Of a DNA stretch of 23,506 nt, positions 9,780-22,399 are shown piece by piece. The notes beneath the pieces are model-generated. The model was not told where the DNA came from, did not search any database, and saw only the letters and a list, made by a program, of their open reading frames with translations. Made by a program: the position numbers and the translations under genes. Each line of letters starts with the position of its first letter. Position 1 is the first letter of the stretch. The DNA is from Ginkgo biloba (lineage: Eukaryota; Plantae; Ginkgophyta): contig JANKJI020000002.1 of the NCBI GenBank assembly GCA_024626585.2, forward strand, positions 225,443,881 through 225,467,386, in the 5' to 3' direction.

Positions 9780-10749
9780 GTGAGCCCATTGTACTATTCA
9801 TCATTGACTTGTTCACTGTTTTAAGATGGTCAGGTCGTAGTATGTGCAGAAACATAGTTAAATGCAGAATAGTTAGTTTTTTTGTTTTACATAATAGGGA
9901 TAATTCATCCACACCTTTAGTTGGTACCTTTCATCAATTAGTTATTACTTTTAAAGGTGAAGTAGTTTATATTAATATAGAGGCTGACCGGCCTAATTTA
10001 TAATTCAATATACTTCTAGTAGACATCATACTAGTCCTATAGGATAATTCATATACACTCTTTATGGAGTAATCCTATTCCCATTTAATGGTTCCATTTT
10101 CAGATTCCATTAGTCAAAATATGATAAGAAGAATTTTTATTCATAATCCTTCTCCAGTGGAAAAATTGTTCCATAAGTGGATCGTAATCCATTTACATCC
10201 ACCTCTAGCACCTCTTCATTATTTAATATTATAATCGTTGTTATTAAGACCTCTATTTATCTTTTTTCTTATTTGACTAAAATATCTCCTAATTTAAAAT
10301 TTATGGTTGGTTCATTTCCGTAAAGTCCTATGGAATAATCCATTTCTTCTATTATTTTATTCGCTTAAATGAACAAATAAGATATGGTTTATGTCTTTAT
10401 AATGTATGAAGCTATCTAGAGATCAAACTCCTGTGTCTAGTTGAATATACTACCTATGTCCTCAAGCCACCTTACCTAATTCCTCATCATTATATGAGAC
10501 ACCTAATAAACAATTTGTTTTCTATATTCATAATAGGAATTTTATTCCTCTAAAATGTTGAATAAGGAGGGAATTATCCCTCTTGATTATATTCATTTGA
10601 AGAGGTAAATATCATGAATATAAGTTATACTTATCCCATAAATATGTATAAAACTAAATCTATAAAATAGTTTCTTATAAGAGTTTACTAAAATACCTAA
10701 GAGGAGGAGAAATTCATATCCCTCTGTTAGGAATATGAAGACATTTTTT

Positions 10750-11500
10750 CATGGACTTATGATGAAATTATTGGGATGGATCCTAATTTTATTTGTCACT
10801 ATATTAACACTTAATATAAATATAGGATTATTAGATAAAACTACTATCCCATTAATTCCTAATTGGAAAAAACCATAAAGAAATAATTGTAAAAGAATCT
10901 TTGATGCTTCATTTCTTTTTTCTATTATATACATGAAGTGGGTTAAAAATACTATCCTTATAATAACAAATAATGGACTATTTTTATTCTATGTGAATTT
11001 TAGAGACCTATGCCTCCCCTAAGGATAACCATCCTACCCACTTCATCAAATGAGATTATCAACTTTATGAATGGGAATAAATTTTTATCCTTCATGAATG
11101 GAATTTTGGGATATAATAAAATACTTCTAGTTGAGAAGGATCATTTGAAAAAATCATTACCACTCCATGGGGTACTTTCATATATAATGTTATTCCCTTT
11201 AGTTTGATAAATGTTGGCTATATATATAAAAATAGTTATTACATACTAGTATTTTCTAAGACTTATTACATACATATGGAAATTCCTTTCTTGTTGATTT
11301 GAGAGTGAAGTTCTATAATAATTAAAACTATTTAGATGTTTTACATATCATTTTTAACATTATCTCATATATCATATTATCCTAAACCCACAAAAGTATG
11401 ATTTTGATATTTTTTCAAGATGCCTTCTTAATTAGATTATTTTTAACTAGAGTGTACATATTGATGTGACCAAATATATAACTATTATCGATATGCTTCT
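10750..11500 (+). mobile_element. Decayed Tat/Athila-type Ty3/gypsy reverse transcriptase
   Basis: KRIFDASFLFSIIYMKWVKNTI...FYVNFRDL, PKDNHPT, NEIINFMNGNKFLSFMNGILGYNKILLVEKDHLKK, TTPWGTFIYNVIPFSLINVG and LNPQKY resemble KLLxAGFIxP..EWVSN..VDFRDLNKACPKDNFP..LSFMDGFSGYNQI..TTPWGTFxYxVMPFGLKNAG..LNPxKC. Sequence from ~10000 is probably the same element. Confidence 0.88.
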
Positions 11501-11520
11501 GGTATATATCTCATTGGGTT

Positions 11521-11731
11521 TGTCAAAATCTCCCAATGTCAATAACTTTGGATTATTATTTTTAATTTAAAATAATTAAAATTCTGCATGGTTATGTATG
11601 CAGTTCCAACATATCTAAATCTAAAAAATTCAATGAAACAAATTGGAAATACACACAAGTGTGTACACAGAGACAATGTTTTGAACTAGAGAAACCCTCA
11701 TGGGGAAGAAAACTCTAGAATATTATTAAGA
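11521..11731. mobile_element. Possible LTR end inserted into the RT relic
   Basis: RT similarity stops near 11500 and non-coding sequence starts with TGTCA at 11521. Contains a gagaaaccc...ggg...aaaactc motif like those near plant LTR termini. Runs into a gap. Confidence 0.35.
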
Positions 11732-11831
11732 NNNNNNNNNNNNNNNNNNNNNNNNNNNNNNNNNNNNNNNNNNNNNNNNNNNNNNNNNNNNNNNNNNNNN
11801 NNNNNNNNNNNNNNNNNNNNNNNNNNNNNNN

Positions 11832-13115
11832 ATGTTTAATTATGTGTGAATAATGTATACATGTAGTTACTATCATAGTAATGATAATAAAATAATAATG
11901 TTCCTTTCCTCTTCCCATTACCAAAAAGATATATATAATATAAGATACAACTTAGATTCTTTCTTTATTAATTTGGAGAGGGAGAAGATAGAATACCTTC
12001 TCGCAAAGGGGTCAAAATAGTAGATCCCTTTCAAGAGGTATGAGAACATTAAGAATACCTAAGATGTCAAATATTCAAATGATCATTAAAATCAAAACAA
12101 AAGATTTGGTTCAATTATGTGCGTGTGATTACGTGGTTGAATGTAATTTATGACCTTTAATTTATTATGCAAAAAGAGATAAAAGAAAGTAAAGAAAACA
12201 AAAACCCACCTACTAAGAAGAAGGAATTCCCTATGTAAGAATATCATTCTTTCCATAATTAATAGAGTGATTCCCAACTTATCTTAGAAGGGAGTCTCAT
12301 CCCACATGACTTTAGCTAGTAATAGGGATCAACGTGCAGGTATGTAGCCCAAGGTCGACTAGGACCCACTTCAATTTCAAATCTGATCTAAAGAGATCAA
12401 ATTTGAGCCTACAGAATAGGGTGAAAGGACTGGTACCCATGCGATGCTATAAGCATGCAAGAGTGTGCAATCTTGTTGGTTGAATTTGTAAAATAAAATA
12501 ATGGAAAACCAATTTGAACCTAATTCATTGACTGGATTTTCCATTAGTGATCTAATTAATTTAAATTAAATCAAATATAAAAATTGCTTTTCTTTTCAAA
12601 TTAAGAAAATTAAAAGAGAGAAATGCGAATGCTTCAAACCTACAAAGAGCATACAAGAAATGGTGATTTGTCGTATTCCGGTGTGTCGATCTCCAATCCC
12701 TGCAGCTCCTGATGGTCTCCATCAATCCAAGAAGTGCCTATGTTATGTAGGGGCAGTAGAAGGTTTGGACAGATCTAAAAAATAGGAGTGGCAAGTTGTG
12801 CTAAGGGTTTATCCTGTAGAAGAACAAGGATCCTATTACTAGAACTGAATGGCACCTTGAAGTGGAAAAAGGCATGAAAATATGAAGGGAGAAAGGTAGG
12901 GGACTGCAATAGAAGAATGGGACAATTGGANNNNNNNNNNNNNNNNNNNNNNNNNNNNNNNNNNNNNNNNNNNNNNNNNNNNNNNNNNNNNNNNNNNNNN
13001 NNNNNNNNNNNNNNNNNNNNNNNNNNNNNNAACTAGCCTGCTTATGTATTTCCCTCCAATCACCATCGGGGACTGACATTTCCCATAGGGATGAACCCCC
13101 CTTTGTGATTGGCAC
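11832..13115. mobile_element. Putative LTR/non-coding retroelement sequence (gap-interrupted)
   Basis: No recognisable coding. Purine-rich and less decayed than neighbours (CpGs kept around 12670-12690). No terminus confirmed. Confidence 0.25.
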
Positions 13116-13949
13116 TAAGAAATTATATTATATAACCTTTATGGAGATGTTATGTAGTAGAACCTTGGATGTGTATACCCAAGTGATGATGCACAATCTA
13201 ACCTGCCTAATCATCAAACTTTTTATAATCTATTTTTACATAATATATTAGCATATTTTTTCCTTAAGTGTTGGGTTCAAGTTATTAAGTGTACGGTGAT
13301 CTTTGAGAGTAGTTATAATAGTTCTAATACTTTTAGGATCATTAATTATTATTATTTTTATGACTATAATTATAGATGGTTTAATGGAAATTATAACATC
13401 CATATATATTGTGAGTTAGTCTAGGATTTTCTATAGATATTATATGCTTTTATTATTATCCTTTTCTATAATTATTTTAATCCTCCCTTTATTTTCCTCT
13501 TGATATGTTATTATATTAAGTTTCTCCTTGATCTAATTGAATTCACTTAGCTCTTTTATAACAAAGAAAAGGCAAATTCATAGCATGTTCTCTTTTTCCT
13601 TGGTCATAAACTATTTAAATCCTTCAATGCATTCTCAAGATGATAAAACTTGATGCTTTATTACCAAAATATATTCTAAATATTACTATATGTACATCAA
13701 AATTAAATTAAATAAGTTGTGAATCATAATCATATGTTGTTGAATCATAATCAAAACTTTTATTGATAAAAAGAAAACACAATACTCAGAAGATATTTTA
13801 CATTAAGTTTAGGAATGGAATCAATATCCTAAAAAATTATAAATATTAATATCCCACAAAATAATATTGATTATCAATGTGTATAGAACTATTATTTCAC
13901 ATGAGGTCTATATTCATTTTTTTTTTTAAAGATTAAAAATTTTCAAAAG

Positions 13950-15954
13950 AAAGGGATAATCTAACATCTAGTCTTTTTTTATTATTATCTTCAAATATAT
14001 GTCAGGATTTATCTAAATAAATTTATAAAATCCTTACAATATTTCTCTTACTTGTTAGATCAAATGTGTGTTTATAATATTTTAAGCTATAATAATTGAT
14101 ACTCTCATTAAACTTCTCAGTTCAACCTCTTGGATGGAATTACTTGATATGAACATTTTTCACATGGTGAATATAGCGATGTGAAATTTGAGTGCTATAA
14201 AGTTCTTTTCATAATGTTCAATTATTTCACATTTCTATTATAATATTTTTTATTTTTTGAATATCATTTATTATAATGTTGAAGAATTTTATCTTTTACA
14301 TTTAGTTCTAAGCTATCAATTTGGTTTCAAAATTATAAAACATATATTTATTAGATTTTGTTATATTTTATAAGTTTTTTTAATAATACTATAGAGGATT
14401 TTTATTCTTTTGGACTTTACTCCAATCTATTAATATAATTTATTCAATATTTATTGTATTTATTAGATCTTTTTGATATATAAAATACTTTTACTAATGG
14501 TTAGATATTTTTATATTTATATATTGTACGTAGATAAAACTTCATCACTCATTCAAGTTTTAGTGATTTTTCCATGTTAAAAAAGAAATCATTTCCTGAT
14601 TTACTACTCATATAAGACCCTACTGAATGAATTTTATTCATGAATAAATATTTATTATTTATCATCTTGTATGTTGATAAAAAAATTACCCAAATATGAG
14701 AATTTTCTTGAGATTTAGTTCTCTTAATTTTTATTTCAAAAACTTAGGCACTACCTAATTTCATTCAACAAAATTTCATCCTTTACCAAAATCATATTAC
14801 TTTAAATATTATTAAAAAAAATATTTATATGGTTTATTCGGGTATATATCCTAGAATCCACTAGGGGTTGCATTTGCAAGAACTTATGAAGGTGATCTAC
14901 CCTTTAAACCTATTTGATAATATTAGTCCTCGACTTGGCTATTATCCATATCTATTTCATAGGAATATTTTGTGGATTTATTTATATTTTTTGTCCTTAT
15001 TATCACTATTAATTTTAATTTGATAATAAATTTTTTGGGTCAAATCTAACCCAAATCATATATATTTTTCCATTATAAAATTGAATATTAATTCACTAAT
15101 TCATAAGTAATTACTTATGTAAAGAAATTATATCTTAAGAAAAAAAATGGATATGTCCTCATAATTGGGACCCTCCATTCATACTATTAATATAATTGGA
15201 AATGAAGTATCTTATAGTTTTTCATAGTCAAGTTATTTATGCAAATGTATTAATGTAATATTCCATGCATATGGCATTGTGATAGTTTGTACACTTCTAA
15301 GAAAAGGTTCTAAATAATAACCTTAGAAATTAATTGTTGTTAGAATCTTTGATCTCACAAAATGGATTTCAAAGTTGTATTCTTCAATTACAAATTTTAA
15401 CATATANNNNNNNNNNNNNNNNNNNNNNNNNNNNNNNNNNNNNNNNNNNNNNNNNNNNNNNNNNNNNNNNNNNNNNNNNNNNNNNNNNNNNNNNNNNNNN
15501 NNNNNNAGATAGAACATTTAAGAGTTATATTCTTATCCACTTGTGAGAATATTTTTGTGGTTATAATTTTGTGCAAGTTTATATATGAATGTTATGATAG
15601 GCTTACAAATACTTATGGGTCTCTTTCTTGAGTCATGTGTAAGGATTGACATGTGATAAAAATATATGTCTATAATTTTTAGTCTTCAAGAAAACTCATA
15701 GTGGCACTTCAAAAGAAAGTGTAGTGCAGTTAGAAAAACCTATGGTGATTACAAAAAGTGTTGTGCCTTTTTATCAAAGTCATACAAGCTCAATTTTTTC
15801 ATAGGGATTTAATGCATATAGGTATAGGGCCATATAATTTATACATAGAGTCTATTATAAAATATTTTATAGAGAATAAAAAGAAGAAAAGATGAGTACC
15901 CCTTGAATTATGATCAAAGCTTCTATATATTAAAGGTTTAATTGAATCCTCTAC
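13950..15954 (+). mobile_element. Heavily decayed Ty1/copia pol (GAG-pre-integrase, integrase, RT, RNase H order)
   Basis: Remnants in copia order: T*YEHFSHGEY (~LWHxRFGHLN, ~14142), FTTHIRPY*M (~FTTPYTPQQN, ~14600), NIYMVY (~EIYMxQP, ~14820), SPRL (~APRAW, ~14925), and after the gap GDYKKCC and IFHRDLMHIGI (~CDNQS..PVFHxRTKHIEI, ~15745-15830). Confidence 0.6.
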
Positions 15955-16019
15955 NNNNNNNNNNNNNNNNNNNNNNNNNNNNNNNNNNNNNNNNNNNNNN
16001 NNNNNNNNNNNNNNNNNNN

Positions 16020-16622
16020 TCAATTTTCTTCTTCTTCTTCTAATTATAAAATCTTTTCTTCTTTTGTGTAGTATCCAATAGATTGATGATTATGACTATA
16101 GGCAGAGGCATGGACAAAGAGAAATTTATAGGGGGAGGAAGTAGGGAGGAACTTCCACCATTAGTTAATCCATTTATAATCTAGTTGGATATAGAAGAGA
16201 TAAATAGGTATTAATTAAGTGACTTGGAGTATTTTATACAAGGAACTCTAGAAGATCGGGTGTATGATATTCAAAATCTAGTTTGAAGAATGAGATAGGG
16301 GTATAATAAGATATAGAGAGCCATAGGAGGATTCCTTTCTCTTATATAGTAGATAAAAAATCAGTTATGATATTTTATTACTTCATATTCTTTGGTGGTT
16401 TCACCATTCATGGTAAATACCACTATCATTTATCTTTAGTTCCTAGTATAACACATCGTGTTTTTTCTCCTATCACAAGTCCACCAACATAGTTAGCTAC
16501 TAGGATAAATAATTTTTGAGTTTATTTAAGAGTAGATATAATTGTGTTCAATGGAAATATGGATATTGATTCCTTAGATACATGTTTATAGGCATTATAC
16601 ATTTACTTCTTATTTTATGATT
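16020..16622 (+). mobile_element. Decayed Ty3/gypsy gag N-terminal fragment, truncated by an LTR
   Basis: ~16535-16590 reads DIIVFNGNMDIDSLDTCL*, resembling the gag motif DIPxFxGxxDxExLDxWL. Similarity stops at ~16622. Confidence 0.4.
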
Positions 16623-16825
16623 TGTTAGTAAAAAGTACCACTTCCCTAGTATGATACCTGTCAAGAACATATTCAAAGGTCTAATAAATATGGAGGTTCT
16701 TTATGCATGTATTCATTGAAGTAAATATGGTTTCCAAAATATGTTAGTGGAAAGTACCATTTTATCAATATGATACCTTTCAAGAACATATTCAAAGGAC
16801 AAAGAACATAAGGGTTCTTTATGCA
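16623..16825. repeat. ~119-bp imperfect tandem duplication at the LTR end
   Basis: tgttagt..aaagtacca...tatgatacct.tcaagaacatattcaaagg...ggttctttatgca occurs from 16623 and again from 16742. Confidence 0.85.
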
Positions 16826-17276
16826 CAAAGAGTCGTTCATGTGAATAACATGCACAAAGAAATCATGAAATATAATGATATAAGAGAAGAGAACACATGA
16901 TGCGATTAAATATGGTGATAAATATCATCAAGAAATATAAACCACAAATGGAATGCAATATTCTCTCTCTCTTCATTCAAAGGAAAGGTCTTATGATGAT
17001 ATTTAATGATGGAAATCCCCTTTCTCCCCATGATTGGAGAAAGGATGAAGGTACTATCTACTATTAAGTAATTGAAGATCCCCCATTTTTACATCTATAT
17101 AAAAAGGGTATTTATATGATGATAATGATTATTTGAGATTAACCATAGGGTAATAATAAAATTACACATGGTTAGTTGAGGGAAATTCAAGTGGTCATAA
17201 TGCAAATTGTTATGCATAGAGATAATCCCCATATATGTTTAAATGGATATCATAGGTGCTAAAATGGGTTATAATA
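16623..17276 (-). mobile_element. Probable 3' LTR (~650 bp) of a minus-strand gypsy element
   Basis: Starts TGTTA (16623) and ends TAATA (17276; decayed TAACA). Directly followed by gacttcccccta, the reverse complement of a polypurine tract. AT-rich TATA-like block at ~17097-17117. Confidence 0.55.
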
Positions 17277-17289
17277 GACTTCCCCCTAA

Positions 17290-19000
17290 GGATTTAGGTC
17301 CATAGTAAATAGAATGAGGGAAGGGACAAAAGTGCTTAGAAAGAACCCTTATTCTACAAAGGAATAACCTATGATGGAAAATTTCTTAGTTGAATGGCCA
17401 TTATAGGAAAAATTATGGAGAGAGAGTTCTTACATTTTATTTAGTATTATCCAACTTGAAAAGACACTAAAAAAATAATATAGAGTATTTTTTGGTTCAT
17501 AACATTGAGATGGAGTATTAAAAAAAAATAAAAAATGCAAGAATTTCTCTTAGGCCATGACTATCCCTAATAATGTCTCCCATTTTAATCACATTATCAA
17601 GAGTTCATGGCAGTCACCTTTATGTATCTACATCGTGTGTGATAAAAGATCTTTATTTACTCTCACCATAGTAATTTCCATAAGAATATCAATAGATATT
17701 ATCACTATGGAAGTGTGTACAACAAATGATTCCACTTAAAGGATCCCAGAAATTAGAGCAATGGAGGTAACTGCAACATATAAAATAGATATATAATTAT
17801 AGATAAAAGAATAACCTATGAAATTTATTGTTGTATTATATAGAAATATATTCCTCAAACACACTTCTCTACATTATTACTCATCCATGCATATAAAACT
17901 TCCATATAGCTACATCAATAATATTAATAGTTTCCATTTACCTCTTCTCATTGATCATAGTTTATAATTACATTATTTATACATATTTATTTTTACTACT
18001 AACTCTCCTTTTTAGGGTTCTAATAGAACCATTTTCATTATCATATTTTATTTATCATATAAGTAATATTTATCTTAGCATCCATGCCCATTAAAATAAC
18101 CTATCAGATCACTTATATGACTTATTTCTCATAAAATCATATTAAGAGAGCACTTATCATTTACAAATATAGCTATAAATTTGACAACATATGATATTAT
18201 CATCATTTTGAGAAATTTTATGTAGTTGATATACATTATATTAAATCTATGAAGCTATATCTTATTGGTCATTCAGATTCTTCCCATAATAAATCCATTG
18301 TATATAATGCAATCCTATTACTTACATGATTCTAAGATTTTATCTTGCATACAATTTCCCCAGTATGGTCACCATTATTATGTGGAGATAAATCCATGGC
18401 TCAGCTATAGCTATGAAGAACACTATATGAGAAAGGTATAGGAGGTTATGGAAGGAGCTATAATTTTGTTATTTCCTTCAATATATACATTAACATAATA
18501 TGCATTTCTACAAATAACTCAACATTCTAATTAAATCATCCCTACCTTCAAAACCCTAGATCAAATAGATAAGGGTGNNNNNNNNNNNNNNNNNNNNNNN
18601 NNNNNNNNNNNNNNNNNNNNNNNNNNNNNNNNNNNNNNNNNNNNNNNNNNNNNNNNNNNNNNNNNNNNNNNNNNNNNTTGATCAAAATTAATTTTGTTGC
18701 ACATTGATAATAAATCCTCCAATACCAAGAAGGTACATCACATAAGGTGGGATTAAAATTCTACAAACTTTGAATATACTTGTTCCAACTATATATAATT
18801 ATTTTCTATGTTAATATAGGTCTTCCAGAGACTTTTTTATGCTAATAATTGATGACTTTATAGTGTGTACCTCCTAAGTTGTGCATAATTACTATAAGCA
18901 TCATCCAATTGCCTCATATCAAAATAGTGGTGTTGATTTATCTATGGTCTCCTACTCATCGAATGCATAGGTAGTTTCCTGATGATAGTGCATGAGAGTT
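17290..19000 (-). mobile_element. Decayed gypsy (Tat-like) integrase remnants, possibly from two elements either side of the 18578-18677 gap
   Basis: Weak minus-strand remnants: GDHTG..KI (~GGHxG..KIL, ~18370), DDNIICCQIY (~CxxCQ, ~18190), LMGMD (~WGxD, ~18085). They lie upstream of the PPT at 17277 in element orientation. Confidence 0.4.
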
Positions 19001-19196
19001 TTTTTCAACTCCTAAATCTATTCTTTATAGTCATCTAAACTATGGTTGATGATTTCTATGATTTACCTATTCATATTTTTTATGCCTTGAAGCATCAATA
19101 TTAGTATTCTCACATTCAATTATTGAATATTGAATTTTGTCGATGAATGTTCTTGTGACTTTTTCTTTCTCTATTACTTGGACATTTTCATATTCA

Positions 19197-21400
19197 ATTT
19201 TCCCCCCCTCTTGAGACTAAAGTTTACATCAAATTTGGTTTTTATTAGGTAGAAATGGATCAAAGTATTAAATTTTAATGGTGGTGATTATTCTAGGGAT
19301 ATGGACTATAATTGTTCTACAAAAATAACCTTTATAAGGTCTACCTACTGTTAATATTACACCTAAGAGTGATATTATTCCTTTTATGTTCCTAATGTTG
19401 ATAGAACATCACATATAGGAAAGTATTTTAGGTAATTAATTTGAGGATTTTAATCCTCTATGTATATGGTCCATTATTGTTGGATCGATAGTCTACTCTG
19501 CTTTAAAGATAATTCCTATTTTTCCATCTTTTCCTATTCCAAGTCCTTAATGTTAATTCTATCTAGCTCATTATTTATTTTTGTATTTGATGAAGTATTT
19601 TGACCTTCCTTGTCAATAGAGGAGGTGATGTATCAAACCTACCTCTTATTTTATTCAGTAGCTATCTCCTTTACAGTTTTGCTACTAGTGGGTGAAAACC
19701 TCTTTTATTTTGATGTTGATTCCTCTTTAATATCAAGTTTTTCTGGGTTCCACCACTATGAAATTCCTTTAGTACCATTAGTGAGCCTTTCCTATACTTC
19801 CTTGGAAGAATCTTGGGCCAAATAAAAGAGTTTAGGATTCACTTATTTATGGGTAGATTATGCTGGGAGGTCTTCATTATCTTATTTTTCCATGTATACT
19901 TTTCTTAGTGAAACCTATGAGATCATACTACAAGATTCTATGGTTTGATGCCATAAAGAAAATTCCTCTACTCCTTTATATATTTAAAATCGATGGTGGT
20001 ACTGAAGACACCCTAAGTTATAGTAAAACATCATTAATGATCTCTCTAGATCATACATTCTTCTGATATAAATAACTTTCCAATTACCATCATTGAATTT
20101 ATATGACTTTTTGAAAAATTCATCATAGGAGGTGTGAGTGATCCTAACTCCCATCACCTTTGTCTCTTATCCACTCATGTTGTGTAGGATTTTATTTCAT
20201 TTTTCCTAAAACTAGGGAAGAATATTTGTACATAATTTTTTTCAACTTTCATTACAAACCTCTAAAGGTGATACATGATTTAGGATATTTAATAATGGTA
20301 TGGAACACCGATTTACTTTGAGGACCATATAATCATCCCATTAAAAGATATCTCCAAGGTGTTTTCATAGTAGGTCCTTAATTAATGATTAAGGTACATG
20401 CATAAATATGTTTCCTTAGATCCTTTATAATGCATATAGTATATCATCATAAATATTTTTAATCTCTAGATCACTCATGGAGCCTTTATTTTTCATTGAG
20501 ATATTATAGAATAACTTTTAAAGGAAATACACCTTTAGTTATCCTCTTTTATTCTGGATAAATAATCCTATGGGCAAGGGGTATGTTAGTAAGGTTATTT
20601 ATAATAGAACTAAGGAGTGGTGGAATAACCTATTATTTCTAAGATTTATTGACATGATGTAGGATCTTATATTTTGAGAAAGATAATCCATAAAATTTTA
20701 CATTCTATCATGCTAGATGATTCCATAAATTATTCTTATCCATTTAACTGGGAGATGATTGACATTGGAGGCTCCTATTATCTTGAGGATTCCTATAATA
20801 ATTTATCTATATAAATCCTTGATTATCATGCTTAGGAATACCTTTACTATTATCTTAGGGTTGATATTAATGAGGGCCTCTTCTAGGATATCGAGGGAAA
20901 GATCCTTCTTTTGGCTCTCAAACCATTTTTTATCTTATTCCAAATTTATCAGGTCACCCATATTATGCATGTTGAATAATATTTCAATTAGTTCAACATT
21001 GAATTTGAAATACCTAGGCTCAATAAAAAATATTCTAGGATTCGTGGAATCAATTATTTATTTCACCAGGTTGGTGTGATGCACTATCTTGGGTATCAAG
21101 AGTATTATATAGACAAAAGGCTTCTCTGTGACTCATCAAAATAAATCTTGATCAAGTGTGAGTTGGTTCCCACAAGATAATCTATAATCCACCTAATAAT
21201 ATTTACCAAATACTTAAGAGGGATTTTATCATCAACATTAAACATTAGATAAAACTCCATGGCAAAGGCTATAGTTTTTTTTTATCAATTGTAAGATCGA
21301 ATATCTCTACTTACTAGAGAGATGAAGATATTTATTGTGGGAATATTATGGGAGATTTATCCTTATTTAGAGGATTTTTATTTCCTTTTTTAATTTTCCC
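19197..21400 (-). mobile_element. Decayed Ty3/gypsy pol (RT-RNase H-integrase) ending in a polypurine tract
   Basis: Minus strand GKYY*VDYRLSCGNQL (~AKYFSKIDLRSGYHQ, ~21210-21160) and NNNGPYT (~YYGPYxI of the integrase C-terminal GPY/F module, ~19480). PPT gagggggggaaaa at 19210-19198 abuts TGAA, a probable LTR start at 19196. Confidence 0.55.
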
Positions 21401-21583
21401 TCTCAATATGGGATCATTTAAAAGACATATGATCTTCCAGTTGGTTTATTTTAATGTGTCATATTTCTAGTAAATGTGTGATCATTAGAATCATCTTATT
21501 GGTATGGAATCTTATTCAATTTCTCCATTAAGTGTGACTTGAACTCTTGGAGTGTGTAAGTGTTATTTTTTATGTGTTTGATA

Positions 21584-21820
21584 GAGTGGTGTTAATTTTT
21601 TGAATTACATTCTTGAGTGTGAAAGTGAGATATTGTTCTTGAATGGTCATAAGGTTTCACCATCATCGAGTGATATTCATAATTTGTATTACATTTTTTG
21701 GTGCACAAGTAAGATGTTACACATTACTAGTCACAATTTTATGTCATCATAGGGTGATATTCATAATTTGACTTTCATTTTTTCGTGTGAAAGTAAGACG
21801 TTGTATGAAATTTATCACAA
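21584..21820. repeat. 84-bp tandem repeat array (about 2.8 diverged copies) running into a 358-N gap
   Basis: Units start at 21584, 21668 and 21752. They share g(a/g)gtg(a/g)t(a/g)tt.at..tttg....t.catt.tt..gtg..aagt.aga..tt; gtgatattcataatttg is identical in copies 2 and 3. Confidence 0.85.
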
Positions 21821-22399
21821 NNNNNNNNNNNNNNNNNNNNNNNNNNNNNNNNNNNNNNNNNNNNNNNNNNNNNNNNNNNNNNNNNNNNNNNNNNNNNNNN
21901 NNNNNNNNNNNNNNNNNNNNNNNNNNNNNNNNNNNNNNNNNNNNNNNNNNNNNNNNNNNNNNNNNNNNNNNNNNNNNNNNNNNNNNNNNNNNNNNNNNNN
22001 NNNNNNNNNNNNNNNNNNNNNNNNNNNNNNNNNNNNNNNNNNNNNNNNNNNNNNNNNNNNNNNNNNNNNNNNNNNNNNNNNNNNNNNNNNNNNNNNNNNN
22101 NNNNNNNNNNNNNNNNNNNNNNNNNNNNNNNNNNNNNNNNNNNNNNNNNNNNNNNNNNNNNNNNNNNNNNNNNNNNNNCAATGTGGTGCTAATATGATAT
22201 AAGAGATAATATTTTATGGAAATGTTGTATCCTTGATGAGGCTATTCCTTTTTATTTATGTACATTATGATATAATTGTGCAACCTACATAAAAGGTTAT
22301 ATTCTAAATAGATTCACTTGTGATTCCTTAACCCAATCTAGAATAGATTCTCCCAATAACTTTTATATACTAGTAGATCCATTCTCATATAGTTGGGAA

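Noticed and set aside
9382-10003. ORFs 9382-9603(-), 9667-9912(-) and 9809-10003(+)
   Set aside because: They are antisense or intronic shadows of the RIO1 exons; the spliced + strand reading explains the region.
13108-13120. ttggcact as a possible primer-binding site
   Set aside because: Too short, not preceded by a clear LTR CA end, and no extended tRNA complementarity.
19610-21079. Hydrophobic + strand ORFs (71, 68 and 106 aa) resembling membrane proteins
   Set aside because: Antisense to decayed gypsy pol; the hydrophobicity reflects T-rich codons.
21584-21820. Possible CRISPR-like repeat-spacer array
   Set aside because: Similarity extends across whole units (no unique spacers), the context is eukaryotic, and no cas genes are present. 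The same holds for the repeats at 4080 and 16623.
21747-22202. Long ORFs of 136-144 aa
   Set aside because: Made almost entirely of N-gap translation. The same applies to the ORFs at 1070, 8934, 11715, 12801, 15323 and 15799.
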